Below are positions 43,503 to 52,924 of a DNA stretch of 64,000 nt, piece by piece. This DNA is from Clostridia bacterium (GTDB lineage: Bacteria > Bacillota > Clostridia > TANB77 > UBA1234): the NCBI GenBank assembly GCA_017462965.1, contig JAFTQC010000020.1:990-64989 (forward strand), in the 5' to 3' direction. The notes under the pieces were generated by a model. The model worked only from the letters and a program-made list of their open reading frames with translations, did not search any database and was not told the origin of the DNA. A program made the translations under genes and the position numbers. Each line of letters starts with the position of its first letter. The stretch's first letter is position 1.

Positions 43503-45197
43503 ATGGGATGGAGATATAGAAAAAGCATTAATCTTGGTGGAGGTTTTAGAATTAATTTAAGTAAATCTGGAATAGGGTATAGCTGGGGTGTTAAGGGATT
43601 TAGAATAACTCAAACTGCTAGTGGACAAACAAGAAAAACATATTCTATTCCTGGAACTGGCATATCATATGTAGAAACAAAAAAGAATAATTACATACAA
43701 CCCCAAATACAACCTAAAGCGGAAAAAGTACTTACTATTGGAGAAACAACTTATTATACTAGTGAAAATTTAGATGAAATGTCTAAGAATGACATTATTT
43801 TAAAAAAGATAAAAGAAATACATACATTAGATAAAATAGCTAATATATTGTGTTTGTTAGTTGTTTTTATACCAATTGGACTTTTGATAAAGTTATTTAT
43901 TTCAGTTAAAGGAAAAATCAATTTAGAATATGAATTCGATTCATATTCTAAAGAAAAATATGATTCTTTAAATACAATAGTTACTGAAATGAAGCAAAAT
44001 AAAAAATTGTGGAGAGTAAATACTTCAGTAAAAAATGCTGATCTTAAGTATTCTTCAGGAGCTACAAACTCAATTTCAAGAGTAGTAATAAATATAAAAA
44101 AAGGAATGCCTTGGTATATAAAGACTAATATTGATATTTATTATATTGAAAATGGAAAGAAAAAGATATATTTAACACCAGACAGAATAATAGTTTTGAA
44201 TGGATTTAAAGTAGTTGGATGTAAATATAATAATCTTGATTTTAATATATTTAATTCAAGATTTGTTGAAGAAGAAATTGTACCTAAAGATGCAACTATA
44301 ATCTCGTATACTTGGAAATATGTAAATAAGAATGGAGGACCAGATAGAAGATTTAATGATAATAGACAACTTCCAATTTGTGATTATGGCGGAATGTCTG
44401 TAACATCTACAGATGGTATTAATTTTAGAATGCAGTGTTCTAATATAAAGATAATGGCAAGTGTTTCTGAACATTTAAATAAATTTGTAGAAATAGTAAA
44501 CAAAGAATTAGAAAGTGAAAATGTTTATTATAATTTTGAATGTATTACTGAAGATGAGAACCTTACTAATGAAGTGAATGTTTTAGAAGAAACAGAAGAA
44601 AATGAAAAGGAAACAGTAGAAAAAGATAATGTTAAAATAAATGAAAGTGTAGAGGATAAAAAAACATCAGAAGATGATGAGCAAACGACAAATAAGAAAA
44701 TAAATAGTGCTGACATTATTGAATTATTAAAAAGATTTTTGAAATTTTCTTGGCTTACATTTAAAGTTTTTTTAGCAGCGTTATTCATTTTATGTAGTTT
44801 GTTGAATGAAATGTATATTGCAAGTTTATTGTGGTTAATTTTTGGAATCTTATCTATATATTCACATAAAAATAGAAAAACTTTATTTAAAATTATAAAT
44901 ACACTTTTATTTGTATTTGCCTTTTTTGTTTTTGTTTTCTCAGCCCCAAAAGAATATGATGGTTTATATAAGTCAGACTCTAATATACAAGTTATTTTGG
45001 AAAATAATATTGCCTATATAATAAATGAAGATGGAACAAAGCTTGAAGGAAAAGTTGTTTATAAAATAAATAATGACGTAAAAGAAATTATTATAAAAAT
45101 AGATGATGACAAAGAATATTATTATTTATATGATTCAGAAAATGGAGTACTTTTTGGGAATGATAAAACATGCTATAAAAGAGAAAATGTAGAATGA
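43503..45197 (+). CDS. DUF4236-domain membrane protein
   Basis: MGWRYRKSINLGGGFRINLSKSGIGYSWG..SIPGTGISY; WKYVNKNGGPDRRFNDNRQLP; several TMs. Confidence 0.8.
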   Translation: MGWRYRKSINLGGGFRINLSKSGIGYSWGVKGFRITQTASGQTRKTYSIPGTGISYVETKKNNYIQPQIQPKAEKVLTIGETTYYTSENLDEMSKNDIILKKIKEIHTLDKIANILCLLVVFIPIGLLIKLFISVKGKINLEYEFDSYSKEKYDSLNTIVTEMKQNKKLWRVNTSVKNADLKYSSGATNSISRVVINIKKGMPWYIKTNIDIYYIENGKKKIYLTPDRIIVLNGFKVVGCKYNNLDFNIFNSRFVEEEIVPKDATIISYTWKYVNKNGGPDRRFNDNRQLPICDYGGMSVTSTDGINFRMQCSNIKIMASVSEHLNKFVEIVNKELESENVYYNFECITEDENLTNEVNVLEETEENEKETVEKDNVKINESVEDKKTSEDDEQTTNKKINSADIIELLKRFLKFSWLTFKVFLAALFILCSLLNEMYIASLLWLIFGILSIYSHKNRKTLFKIINTLLFVFAFFVFVFSAPKEYDGLYKSDSNIQVILENNIAYIINEDGTKLEGKVVYKINNDVKEIIIKIDDDKEYYYLYDSENGVLFGNDKTCYKRENVE

Positions 45198-45225
45198 AAA
45201 ATATAAGTGAAATTTTAGGGGATTG

Positions 45226-45285
45226 GGGCTTTTGCCCCATATTCTGAATTTGAAGTATTACAAATTCAGTGCTTGCTATGTAGTA
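45226..45285. other. Candidate oriT-like stem-loops
   Basis: GGGGC-TTTT-GCCCC followed by CTGAATTTG-AAGTATTA-CAAATTCAG and CTTGCTAT, next to the TnpV/RepA module. Confidence 0.3.
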
Positions 45286-45394
45286 AAAATCGCAAAATTA
45301 AAAAGAGCTGATTTTTTGAGGTTAAAAATTTCTTCAAAAATTCAGCTCGTTTTTTATCTCAGTTCACAAAATTTTCACTAAAAATTTTTGTGAT

Positions 45395-45733
45395 TTACTC
45401 TTTTAAAATTCCAATGTTTTTAAAATAAAAGTAGGCTTCTCGACCTCCTAAAAAGAAGATTTCTTGTTCTTCAAAATTTTTAATTTCGAGGTTCAAATTG
45501 AAAAGCTTTTGGAGCATTTTGCTATCATTTTTATTTAAAGATATGTCCTCGTCATCTTCACAAATCAATTGCAAATTTGGATGGTTATCCATTATTTTTG
45601 CTACTTCATTTTGTAATTTTTTATACTCAAGATTCTTGTTTCGTAAGGCAACTTTTGCCTTATCAATCATCTCACTAAAATCTATATTTTCTATATTAAA
45701 TAATTCAAATTCATTCATTAGTTTATACCTCAT
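45395..45733 (-). CDS. Hypothetical protein of the rep-tnpV operon
   Basis: 112-aa ORF following tnpV. Confidence 0.65.
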   Translation of the reverse strand: MRYKLMNEFELFNIENIDFSEMIDKAKVALRNKNLEYKKLQNEVAKIMDNHPNLQLICEDDEDISLNKNDSKMLQKLFNLNLEIKNFEEQEIFFLGGREAYFYFKNIGILKE

Positions 45734-45746
45734 TTCTTTTGAAATT

Positions 45747-46100
45747 TTAATTATAAATTAGTTCGTTAAGTAAAATTTCTTCAGCTCGATTTTTAATATT
45801 ATTCATCTTTTGCACCCATTCAAATTGATTAGTAGTTTTTAATTTTTCCGTAACATTTTCTTCTTCAGCAAGTTGTCTTATAAGTGTTTCTAAATAGCTA
45901 CAAGCTTGATTATTTATTTCAACTAGGTGATCAATTAATTCTTCTTTCATTACCAAGTGATTAAAAAATCCAGGTTTTGAATTTCTTAAATAGTTTTCTC
46001 TTAATCTTGCGTATTTTCCTAAATTTACTCTTTTATTATTGTTTTGTAATTCAATATTAGGTAAGTAGTAATCGCCTCTTTTTACATATTTTAAATCCAT
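45747..46100 (-). CDS. tnpV: TnpV family protein
   Basis: GDYYLPNI..LGKYARLRENYL..LIDHLVEIN..LAEEENVTEKLK..EWVQKMNNIKNRAEEI. Confidence 0.85.
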   Translation of the reverse strand: MDLKYVKRGDYYLPNIELQNNNKRVNLGKYARLRENYLRNSKPGFFNHLVMKEELIDHLVEINNQACSYLETLIRQLAEEENVTEKLKTTNQFEWVQKMNNIKNRAEEILLNELIYN

Positions 46101-46101
46101 T

Positions 46102-46689
46102 TTAAAGTCCTCCTTCATTTTTTATAAAATCATTTGCGTTTGCTAGGAATCTATCTAAATTTTCATATTGACCTGTGGTATCTCTAAATCTATTATCAAA
46201 ATTTTTAAAGTTAAAATTATTATCTATATTAGTTTTATTATTATTAGTCTTATTAGGTCGTAAATTTTCCGACTCTGGAGTCGTAGAATTTCCGTGTTCA
46301 GAATCGTAATTTTTACGACTCTGAGCAGAACTACCCAAATAAGGTTTTATTTTACCTATGTAAATAATATTTGGCTTTGAGCATTGCTGCCTTTTTTCAT
46401 AGATTAATTCGCAAGCTTTTAGTTCCTTAAATGCTTTAGTAACTGTTTTATCTGATAAATGTAGCAGTTCTTGGATTTTCTTTCTTGTGAAAATTAAATA
46501 AACATTACCAGTTTCTTTATCTATCCAGTTATGTTTGATAGACAAGCTAAGTCTATCTAGCAAAAAGCCATATATTATCTTACTATCTGAATTTAAATGT
46601 TTATAAAGTGGGTTAATGAATAGGTCTTTTGGAATTTTGATATATTGATGGTTAAAGCATTCATTTGCTTTATAGGCTAGAAACGCCAT
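46102..46689 (-). CDS. RepA_N-type replication initiator A
   Basis: KIPKDLFINPLYKHLNSDSKIIYGFLLDRLSLS..NWID..GNVYLIF..KPNIIY. Confidence 0.85.
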   Translation of the reverse strand: MAFLAYKANECFNHQYIKIPKDLFINPLYKHLNSDSKIIYGFLLDRLSLSIKHNWIDKETGNVYLIFTRKKIQELLHLSDKTVTKAFKELKACELIYEKRQQCSKPNIIYIGKIKPYLGSSAQSRKNYDSEHGNSTTPESENLRPNKTNNNKTNIDNNFNFKNFDNRFRDTTGQYENLDRFLANANDFIKNEGGL

Positions 46690-46744
46690 ATCTATTGCTC
46701 CTTTCATTTCGCTTAAAGAAGCATAAATACTGATTTTTGAAGAT

Positions 46745-46798
46745 TCGTGAAATTTCGTGAAATTTTGTTTTGAAATTCGTGAAATCAATTCGTGAAAC
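46745..46798. repeat. Four TCGTGAAA[T/C] repeats, right end of element A
   Basis: Copies at 46745, 46755, 46777 and 46790. Confidence 0.75.
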
Positions 46799-47431
46799 AA
46801 AATTGATATTTTGCGGAATTTTTAGATATTTGTAGAAATTAAAAAATACCGCCATAATCAACTTAATTCCTTGATTATAGTGGTATTCATGTTTTTAGAA
46901 TTTTCTCAAATTCTTATCCGTACCCTTGAAAAAGGGTAAAAAATGGTCGGGGTGACCGTTGTTGATAACACTAAAACCCTTGTGGCACAACGGTTTTAGT
47001 CTCTTAACAGTGAAAAAACATGCGATTTTCATGCAATTTGTGAAAAATAGTGCAAAAAGATATCAAACGAAAATTAAAAAAATACTTGTAATAAAAAAAT
47101 CAAAGTGATAATATGAATGTGTGATATGAAATTCACAAGTTGTTTTTATATAAAGGGGGTACGCTAAGGCGTTCTAATTTTAAAACAAATTTAAAAACAA
47201 TTAAATTGATTACAACAGATGTTGCCAAAGGGTATAATTTATATAGTTATATTCAAGACGGTTATAACATAACTGAAAATCAAGACAAATTATTAAAATC
47301 TAAAAATTTTGATAATTACCTAGTAACAATGTTATTGGGTTTGTTTTGGTTGACGGTTATGTTATAGTCGTCTTTTTTTCGTGCAAAAAAATATGACGAA
47401 CAAAATTAAAATTATAAGGGGGGTATTTTCT

Positions 47432-47629
47432 ATGAAAAGAAATAACGAAATAAGAACAGCGATGTTGTACGCTGGAGTAAGACAAAAGGAGTTAGCGTGC
47501 GAGCTTGGCATGTTGCCGAACAATCTATCGAGAAAGCTTGCAAGCAGATTGACTCAAGAAGAAAAACAAAAATACTTAGAAATCATCAAGAAGTTAAAAG
47601 TGAAAAGAGGTGTTAAAAAGGAAGAATAA
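47432..47629 (+). CDS. Small HTH (Cro/XRE-like) protein
   Basis: AGVRQKELACELGMLPNNLSRKL. Confidence 0.7.
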   Translation: MKRNNEIRTAMLYAGVRQKELACELGMLPNNLSRKLASRLTQEEKQKYLEIIKKLKVKRGVKKEE

Positions 47630-47885
47630 AGAATTTGTAAAGGTTATACCCGAGGAACAAGAAACAATAATAAACGTAGACTACTATGAGAAAGCGTTCC
47701 ATGTTTATACGCAAAAAAAGTCAGTCTTTTATAAGTTGTATGACTTATTAGGTGAGCCTGACATATTAGACACAATAGGTGGAGTGCCTTGTTCGGGGCG
47801 TTGGAAAATTCCGTTTGCTGATAGAGAGTTGTTGCGCAAATTGTTGACGCTAAATACTTTAATAGGACAAATTGGTAAAAAATAA
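47610..47885 (+). CDS. Hypothetical protein
   Basis: 91-aa ORF (EEQETIINVDY..YTQ) overlapping the HTH gene. Confidence 0.6.
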   Translation: MLKRKNKEFVKVIPEEQETIINVDYYEKAFHVYTQKKSVFYKLYDLLGEPDILDTIGGVPCSGRWKIPFADRELLRKLLTLNTLIGQIGKK

Positions 47886-48298
47886 CAATGAAGAGGGACA
47901 TGTTTCAATTCCACTCCGTGTCACTTTTTAAAATTAAATGTACCAAATCTTCGGTTACATATTCAAATATCACTTTGAAGAGGTTTTAACGTGTTTTTCA
48001 TCTTTAGGGTATATTCCTTTATTACTTTAAAAATAAAACTTCCGAAATATGGGGTGTACCCTATAAAAAAACATCAAGAATTTGATTTTAGAATGATGTG
48101 TGAATGTAACTTTTAAAAATAGCAGGAAAAATAAACAGAGAGAAAAGAAAAAAGCAAATATAGAAAAAGGAATAATCCGTTAACTACATTTGCCATATCA
48201 AGTGTTATGTGTTGATATGAGGTATACCGCGGTCTGCAATATGAATTATAACACATGTGATATATCTTTTCAATCAATAATTAGGAAAGAGGTCAAGA

Positions 48299-48946
48299 AT
48301 GAAAATTGATAGAGAAACAGAAATGCAAAGTTTCGTATTTTATGATAGCTTTTGGAAAGCTTTAAAAAGAATAGAGAATGAGGGGGAACGTTGCAATTTG
48401 TACGACGCAATATGTGCATATATATTCGAATGTGAGTATCCCGAAAATTTGACTAACGAAAATATGTCTTTGTTTGAGTTAATACAGCCACAGTTAGACG
48501 CAAATATAAAAAGAGCCATTAACGGAGGAAAAGGTGGAAGACCTAAAAAAGAAAAAACCATTGGTTTTGAAAATGAAAAACCTAATAAGAATATAAATAA
48601 GAATGAGAATAAGAATTTGAATTTGAATAAGAATGAGAATGAAAATTCTTGTTCGAATTCTTATAAAGGAGAAAAAGAACATATAAAAAAAGATTCTATT
48701 CCAAAAGAAACTATACAAGAAATTTTCGATGGTGTGTTTTCGGTTTTTGAGAATGAACTTATGATTTCAGAAAAAGACAGGCAAGAAAAAAACGCATACT
48801 TCGAAAAATTTACGATGATTGTGGAATATGGAAAAATAGGATTAGCTGAGTTTGTGCCAAGGGCTCAAGAACACGTAAAAAATTATGGTGTGCATGCTTC
48901 ACTTGATGTATTTTTAGAAATATTGTCTTTTGATGCAAAAAAGTGA
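48299..48946 (+). CDS. DUF6291-like phage/satellite replication protein
   Basis: SFVFYDSF..LYDAICAY..IQPQLDAN..NGGKGGRPK followed by an Asn/Lys/Glu low-complexity linker. Confidence 0.7.
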   Translation: MKIDRETEMQSFVFYDSFWKALKRIENEGERCNLYDAICAYIFECEYPENLTNENMSLFELIQPQLDANIKRAINGGKGGRPKKEKTIGFENEKPNKNINKNENKNLNLNKNENENSCSNSYKGEKEHIKKDSIPKETIQEIFDGVFSVFENELMISEKDRQEKNAYFEKFTMIVEYGKIGLAEFVPRAQEHVKNYGVHASLDVFLEILSFDAKK

Positions 48947-49101
48947 TATTTAGGAAGACGTTGTGAGGTTTTAAGATGTTTTAGTGTTTGAGCCATAAAG
49001 AGATACTAATAAGAGAATAAAATAAGCTAAAACCTTTTGTCGTGACTTTAAAGCATAAAAAAAGATATGAGGTTGCACCCCATACCTTAAAAGAAAAAAT
49101 A

Positions 49102-49356
49102 TTACAGTTTACGCCCACACATTGGACAATACGAAATCGGTATTGTGTCATTCATGAAAACTTGATATTTTACATGATTGATTTCGTCGCGTGGTGATTC
49201 GTTCATAACAATATATTTCAACATGCTTCCTTTGTCTTTTGTGTGACGTATTTTGATTTCAACCTCTGTTAAAGGAACAAACGACGAGTCCTCGTCATAA
49301 AAACCGTTATGATAAAGGATTTCTCGTTTGTCAGTAGTTGTACAATATTTACACCT
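49102..49356 (-). pseudogene. 84-codon Zn-ribbon ORF (CKYC..YCPMCGRKL) with AGG at the expected start position
   Basis: Open frame 49356-49102; RBS AAGGAG 10 nt upstream of an AGG codon; first in-frame ATG is about halfway through the ORF. Confidence 0.5.
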
Positions 49357-49376
49357 TTGTGTTACACTCCTTTGTT

Positions 49377-49601
49377 TTATATTTCTTTGAGTATGTTGCC
49401 GTCTTCGTCTTTTATTATGAATTTGGCTTCATATTCACAATTCAAGACTCTTGCGATGTCTTGTAATTCATTTTCGGAAAAGTTGTCACGTTTCAGTTTG
49501 TTTGTTATGTTTTGAGGTTTAGTGCCTAAACGTTCCGCTAATTCAGTTATTGTGAGGTCTAATTCAAGTAATAAGTGTTTGATTTTTTTAGCCATTGGCA
49601 T
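49377..49601 (-). CDS. XRE-family HTH repressor
   Basis: LTITELAERLGTKPQNITNKLKRDNFSENELQDIARVL. Confidence 0.85.
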   Translation of the reverse strand: MPMAKKIKHLLLELDLTITELAERLGTKPQNITNKLKRDNFSENELQDIARVLNCEYEAKFIIKDEDGNILKEI

Positions 49602-49638
49602 AGATGCATCGCTCCTTTTTTATTGTATATCATAATAA

Positions 49639-49739
49639 TACACTAAAAAATGTAATTAGTCAAATAAAATCAAATATTAAAAACTAAAAAGTGTAAAAAT
49701 ATTATATTAAAGTGTTTACAAACTACACTAAATAGTGTA
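49639..49739. promoter_or_regulatory. Three operator-like palindromes TACACT-N4-AGTGTA between divergent genes
   Basis: 49639-49654 (1 mismatch), 49680-49695 (2 mismatches), 49724-49739 (perfect). Confidence 0.7.
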
Positions 49740-49786
49740 AAATAATAATAAAGAAAATGAAATAAAAACAAAGGAGTGTAAAAAGT

Positions 49787-50056
49787 ATGAAAAATAGTGA
49801 AGAGGGTCTAACTTGTTTAGATGTATTGGAGAACGTTGAAATGAATTTGTTAGTTGTTCAAGATTTAAGCAGAATCATGGTGGACAATTGCTTTTATGAT
49901 GACATTAACAACTTAAAAGAAACAAGCGCAAGAATAATGTTGAAAAAAGCTAAGACACTAACGTTTGCTATTAGCGAAATAATGGAAAAACAATTGCAAA
50001 TTATAAAAGATCGTATATGTAAAGAATATGAAGAGGGGAGCAATGAAAATGAATAA
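49787..50056 (+). CDS. Hypothetical protein
   Basis: 89-aa ORF with RBS AAGGAG. Confidence 0.6.
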   Translation: MKNSEEGLTCLDVLENVEMNLLVVQDLSRIMVDNCFYDDINNLKETSARIMLKKAKTLTFAISEIMEKQLQIIKDRICKEYEEGSNENE

Positions 50057-50294
50057 ATTACAAGTAGTATTTACAAAAGAAATGAAAGGAAAAAAAGCGT
50101 TGCTATATAGTCCAATAAATGGAGCCAAAAGAGATTATATGCTTTTAATGAATAGCAATGCAAGACTTACAAGAACTCGACAGTTAATAGAAAAAGTACG
50201 CAAAGAGATTCTAGAACGTGACAATGTAATAATAAAGGACACAGACATTATGTTTGTGCATGTGGATATGGATATGTCTTTTTGTAAAATATAA
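50049..50294 (+). CDS. Hypothetical protein
   Basis: ORF overlapping the upstream stop, RBS GAGGGG. Confidence 0.55.
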   Translation: MNKLQVVFTKEMKGKKALLYSPINGAKRDYMLLMNSNARLTRTRQLIEKVRKEILERDNVIIKDTDIMFVHVDMDMSFCKI

Positions 50295-50375
50295 AATTTT
50301 TAGAGAGTAACTGCACCCCCTGGGGTCTATTCAAATATAGGGGTGGGGTGGTATTAGAGAAAGGAAGCGCAAACA

Positions 50376-51563
50376 ATGGGAACAAGAAATTTTAACGGCG
50401 AGGGTACTTGCCATTATAGTAAAAAAAAGGGTGCATGGGTGGGACAGATAACAGTTCCAAGCACAGGGAAAAGAAAAACAGTTTGTACAATTAAAGGAGC
50501 AGAAACAGACAAGAAAGCCGAGAAAGAATGTAGAGCAAAAGTGCGTAAAGCGAATGAAGACGCAAAAAATGGAAGATACGCCAATAGTTCTACAGTAACT
50601 GTGTGCGAATTAGCAAAAGCAGTTATTGAGAGTGATTTTGCAGGTAGTTTTTTTCAAGCTGTTACATATACGCGAAAATTGAACACATTAAAGATAATTG
50701 AGAAAACATGTATAGGCAAAAAACAAGTGCGAAAAGTTAAAAGAGTTGATGTAATAGAAGCGTTGAATAGCATCACACATTATTCTAATTCAAATATAAC
50801 TAAAGTCGTACAAATGTTAGGAAAGACATTCAAGGAAGCATACTTACGTAAAATAATAATAGACAATCCGATGTATGAAATAAAAAAACCAAAATCAACA
50901 AGAGAAGACGACATTGTAATTGCATTTACACTTGAAGAACAAAAAATATTTGTAGAAGCACTCGAAAATGAAGAATACAAAAACATATTTTTGATTTGTT
51001 TGTTTTTAGGTTTGAGAATAGGTGAAACATTAGCGTTAAAAGTTGAAGACGTTGACTTTGAAAATAAAATATTGCATGTTTCAGACACTATTACTGAAAA
51101 CAAAGAATGCAAAACAATATTAAGAGATAAAAGGAAAACAAAAACGAAAGCGGGAAAAAGAGTTTTAGAACTTGACGACAAAACAATTGAGGTATTAAAA
51201 GAAAGTATCAAAAATATGCGTGTAAATAAAGACCATTTAATTTTTACATACTTCGACAAAAAAACACAAGAAATAAAGTTACACACAAATAATACAATGA
51301 ATAGTGTATTTCATAGAATATGCAAAAATGCAGGAATTAAAACCAAAAAAGAAGATAATCAAAAATTGACTGTACATTCTTTAAGGCACACTTATGCTAC
51401 AAGATGTTTAGAGGGTGGAATGCCTACACATGTTTTACAAAAGTTATTAGGACACACAGATATTGAAACAACAGTAAATACATACGTTAGTGTTACAAAA
51501 GAATACGAAAGCCAATATACAAAAAAGGTTTATGAATACCTAAAAGAAAAAAACATAATATAA
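50376..51563 (+). CDS. Tyrosine integrase
   Basis: RNFNGEG..WVGQI N-terminus; GLRIGE, HSLRHTY, LLGH, TVNTY. Confidence 0.92.
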   Translation: MGTRNFNGEGTCHYSKKKGAWVGQITVPSTGKRKTVCTIKGAETDKKAEKECRAKVRKANEDAKNGRYANSSTVTVCELAKAVIESDFAGSFFQAVTYTRKLNTLKIIEKTCIGKKQVRKVKRVDVIEALNSITHYSNSNITKVVQMLGKTFKEAYLRKIIIDNPMYEIKKPKSTREDDIVIAFTLEEQKIFVEALENEEYKNIFLICLFLGLRIGETLALKVEDVDFENKILHVSDTITENKECKTILRDKRKTKTKAGKRVLELDDKTIEVLKESIKNMRVNKDHLIFTYFDKKTQEIKLHTNNTMNSVFHRICKNAGIKTKKEDNQKLTVHSLRHTYATRCLEGGMPTHVLQKLLGHTDIETTVNTYVSVTKEYESQYTKKVYEYLKEKNII

Positions 51564-51651
51564 TCGAGAAAAGAAAAAGCTTGTATGTAATAGCCGACCA
51601 AAGCACACATACAAGCCCCACACAATCGACAAACGAGAGGAGAAAAAACAA

Positions 51652-51897
51652 ATGACAAAACTACAAAAAAGAAAAATCAAAGCATTATCAATTTTTATTT
51701 TGAAAGTTTTAACAATTATATTGATATTACAAGGTCTTATACACCTTTTGAAATATCCCGAAATATGTTCAACTACTCTTCGTCATCAATTGCATCAAGA
51801 TTTAACAAACAACGACGCAGACGCGTGGACATATTACGAGAATAATTACCTAGCGAGCGACATTGTGTTATTTCAAGATATTATTAGCTTAAGTTAA
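51652..51897 (+). CDS. Small hypothetical membrane protein
   Basis: RBS GAGGAG; one TM. Confidence 0.55.
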   Translation: MTKLQKRKIKALSIFILKVLTIILILQGLIHLLKYPEICSTTLRHQLHQDLTNNDADAWTYYENNYLASDIVLFQDIISLS

Positions 51898-51974
51898 AAA
51901 GAATGTAATGTCAATGATATTTTTATATAATAATGTGGTAGAATAAAAATGAATTGAAGTGAAGAGGTGATATC

Positions 51975-52664
51975 ATGGAAATAGAGGAAAAAAGAAGAAT
52001 TGAAGAGGGCAAAGAAAAGATAGCGTTTGAAGAAATAAAAGTAAAAAGTAAAATGAACGAAGAACTAAAAGAAGTAGAAAAAATGAATTTTAAAAAGAAA
52101 ACAGACAATGTATACATGGTTATTATGGAATCAATGTTTGTATTAGTAGCTCCATTTGTCATTTTATCGCTTTTGGTCGATGTTAATTGGGTGAATCTCA
52201 CACTTACATTTGCTTGTATTCTTTTATGGCTTGGAATATATACTGAAGAAAAAGCAATTGTGAAAGAGCAAGAAAGTCGAAAAGAACAAGAAAAAGAAAA
52301 TGTCCAAAAAAGTTATAGTGAAACACTAGAAAAGTTTAACGAAATGAAAAAAGAGTTTTTAACAGAAGAGGAAAAAGAAGCTATAAGACGAGAAGAAGCT
52401 GAAAAACAAAAGAAAGAGGAAGAAATACGAAGAGAAGAAGAAAAAAAACAAAGAGAAAAAATGCAACAAAAAATAGAAAAAGAACGAGAACGCGAAAGAA
52501 AAAGGAAAAAGTTTATTTCTACACTTGAAACAATCGGGGCAGTAGCGCGTGTGCTTAATATGATTCTAGATGTAGTACTCTGTATAGTATTTTTGCCTTT
52601 GGGATTGTTTGCTTGTTTTTTGACAGCAGTTGCGAGAAGCGACAACAAAACACATAGAAAATAG
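51975..52664 (+). CDS. Hypothetical membrane protein with charged coiled coil
   Basis: 2 TM, E/K/R-rich helix, then C-terminal TM; hairpin at about 52688-52711. Confidence 0.65.
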   Translation: MEIEEKRRIEEGKEKIAFEEIKVKSKMNEELKEVEKMNFKKKTDNVYMVIMESMFVLVAPFVILSLLVDVNWVNLTLTFACILLWLGIYTEEKAIVKEQESRKEQEKENVQKSYSETLEKFNEMKKEFLTEEEKEAIRREEAEKQKKEEEIRREEEKKQREKMQQKIEKERERERKRKKFISTLETIGAVARVLNMILDVVLCIVFLPLGLFACFLTAVARSDNKTHRK

Positions 52665-52924
52665 ACTGTTTTTATAAAGAATAATGAAGAGGGTAGCCAA
52701 AGACTATCCTCTTTTTATTGATATATTGAGAAAAAAGTATCATTAAACAATAAAAAAATGCATGCAATTTTCATGCAATTAAAAAGTATTTTGACGTATT
52801 TTAAAGTATTTCAAAATATGTTTAAGTATTTCAAAATATGTTTGAAAAATAAACAAAAACCTTAGTATAACTGCTTTTGCAATCACACCAAGGCTTCTAC
52901 GCTTTAACACATTTTTGTGCTTAA

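Larger units (their letters stand above)
35491..46955. mobile_element. Element A: 11.4-kb integrative (mobilizable-type) defence island
   Basis: Flanked by TGGTCGGGGTGA (tRNA-Pro 3' end) at 35491-35502 and 46944-46955; integrase and excisionase at one end, RepA_N and TnpV at the other; TCGTGAAAT repeats inside both ends. Confidence 0.9.

Noticed and set aside
35503-46943. GGCC avoidance in element A as proof of an active HaeIII-like system
   Set aside because: The island is so AT-rich that few GGCC sites are expected anyway; uninformative without a formal count.
50313-50351. G/C-run hairpin upstream of the element B integrase as a cos/pac site
   Set aside because: No terminase or other packaging evidence; it could equally be a terminator.
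52784-52843. CRISPR-like repeats (AAGTATTTCAAAATATGTTT x2) and the REP palindromes
   Set aside because: Copies are adjacent with no unique spacers, and there are no cas genes.
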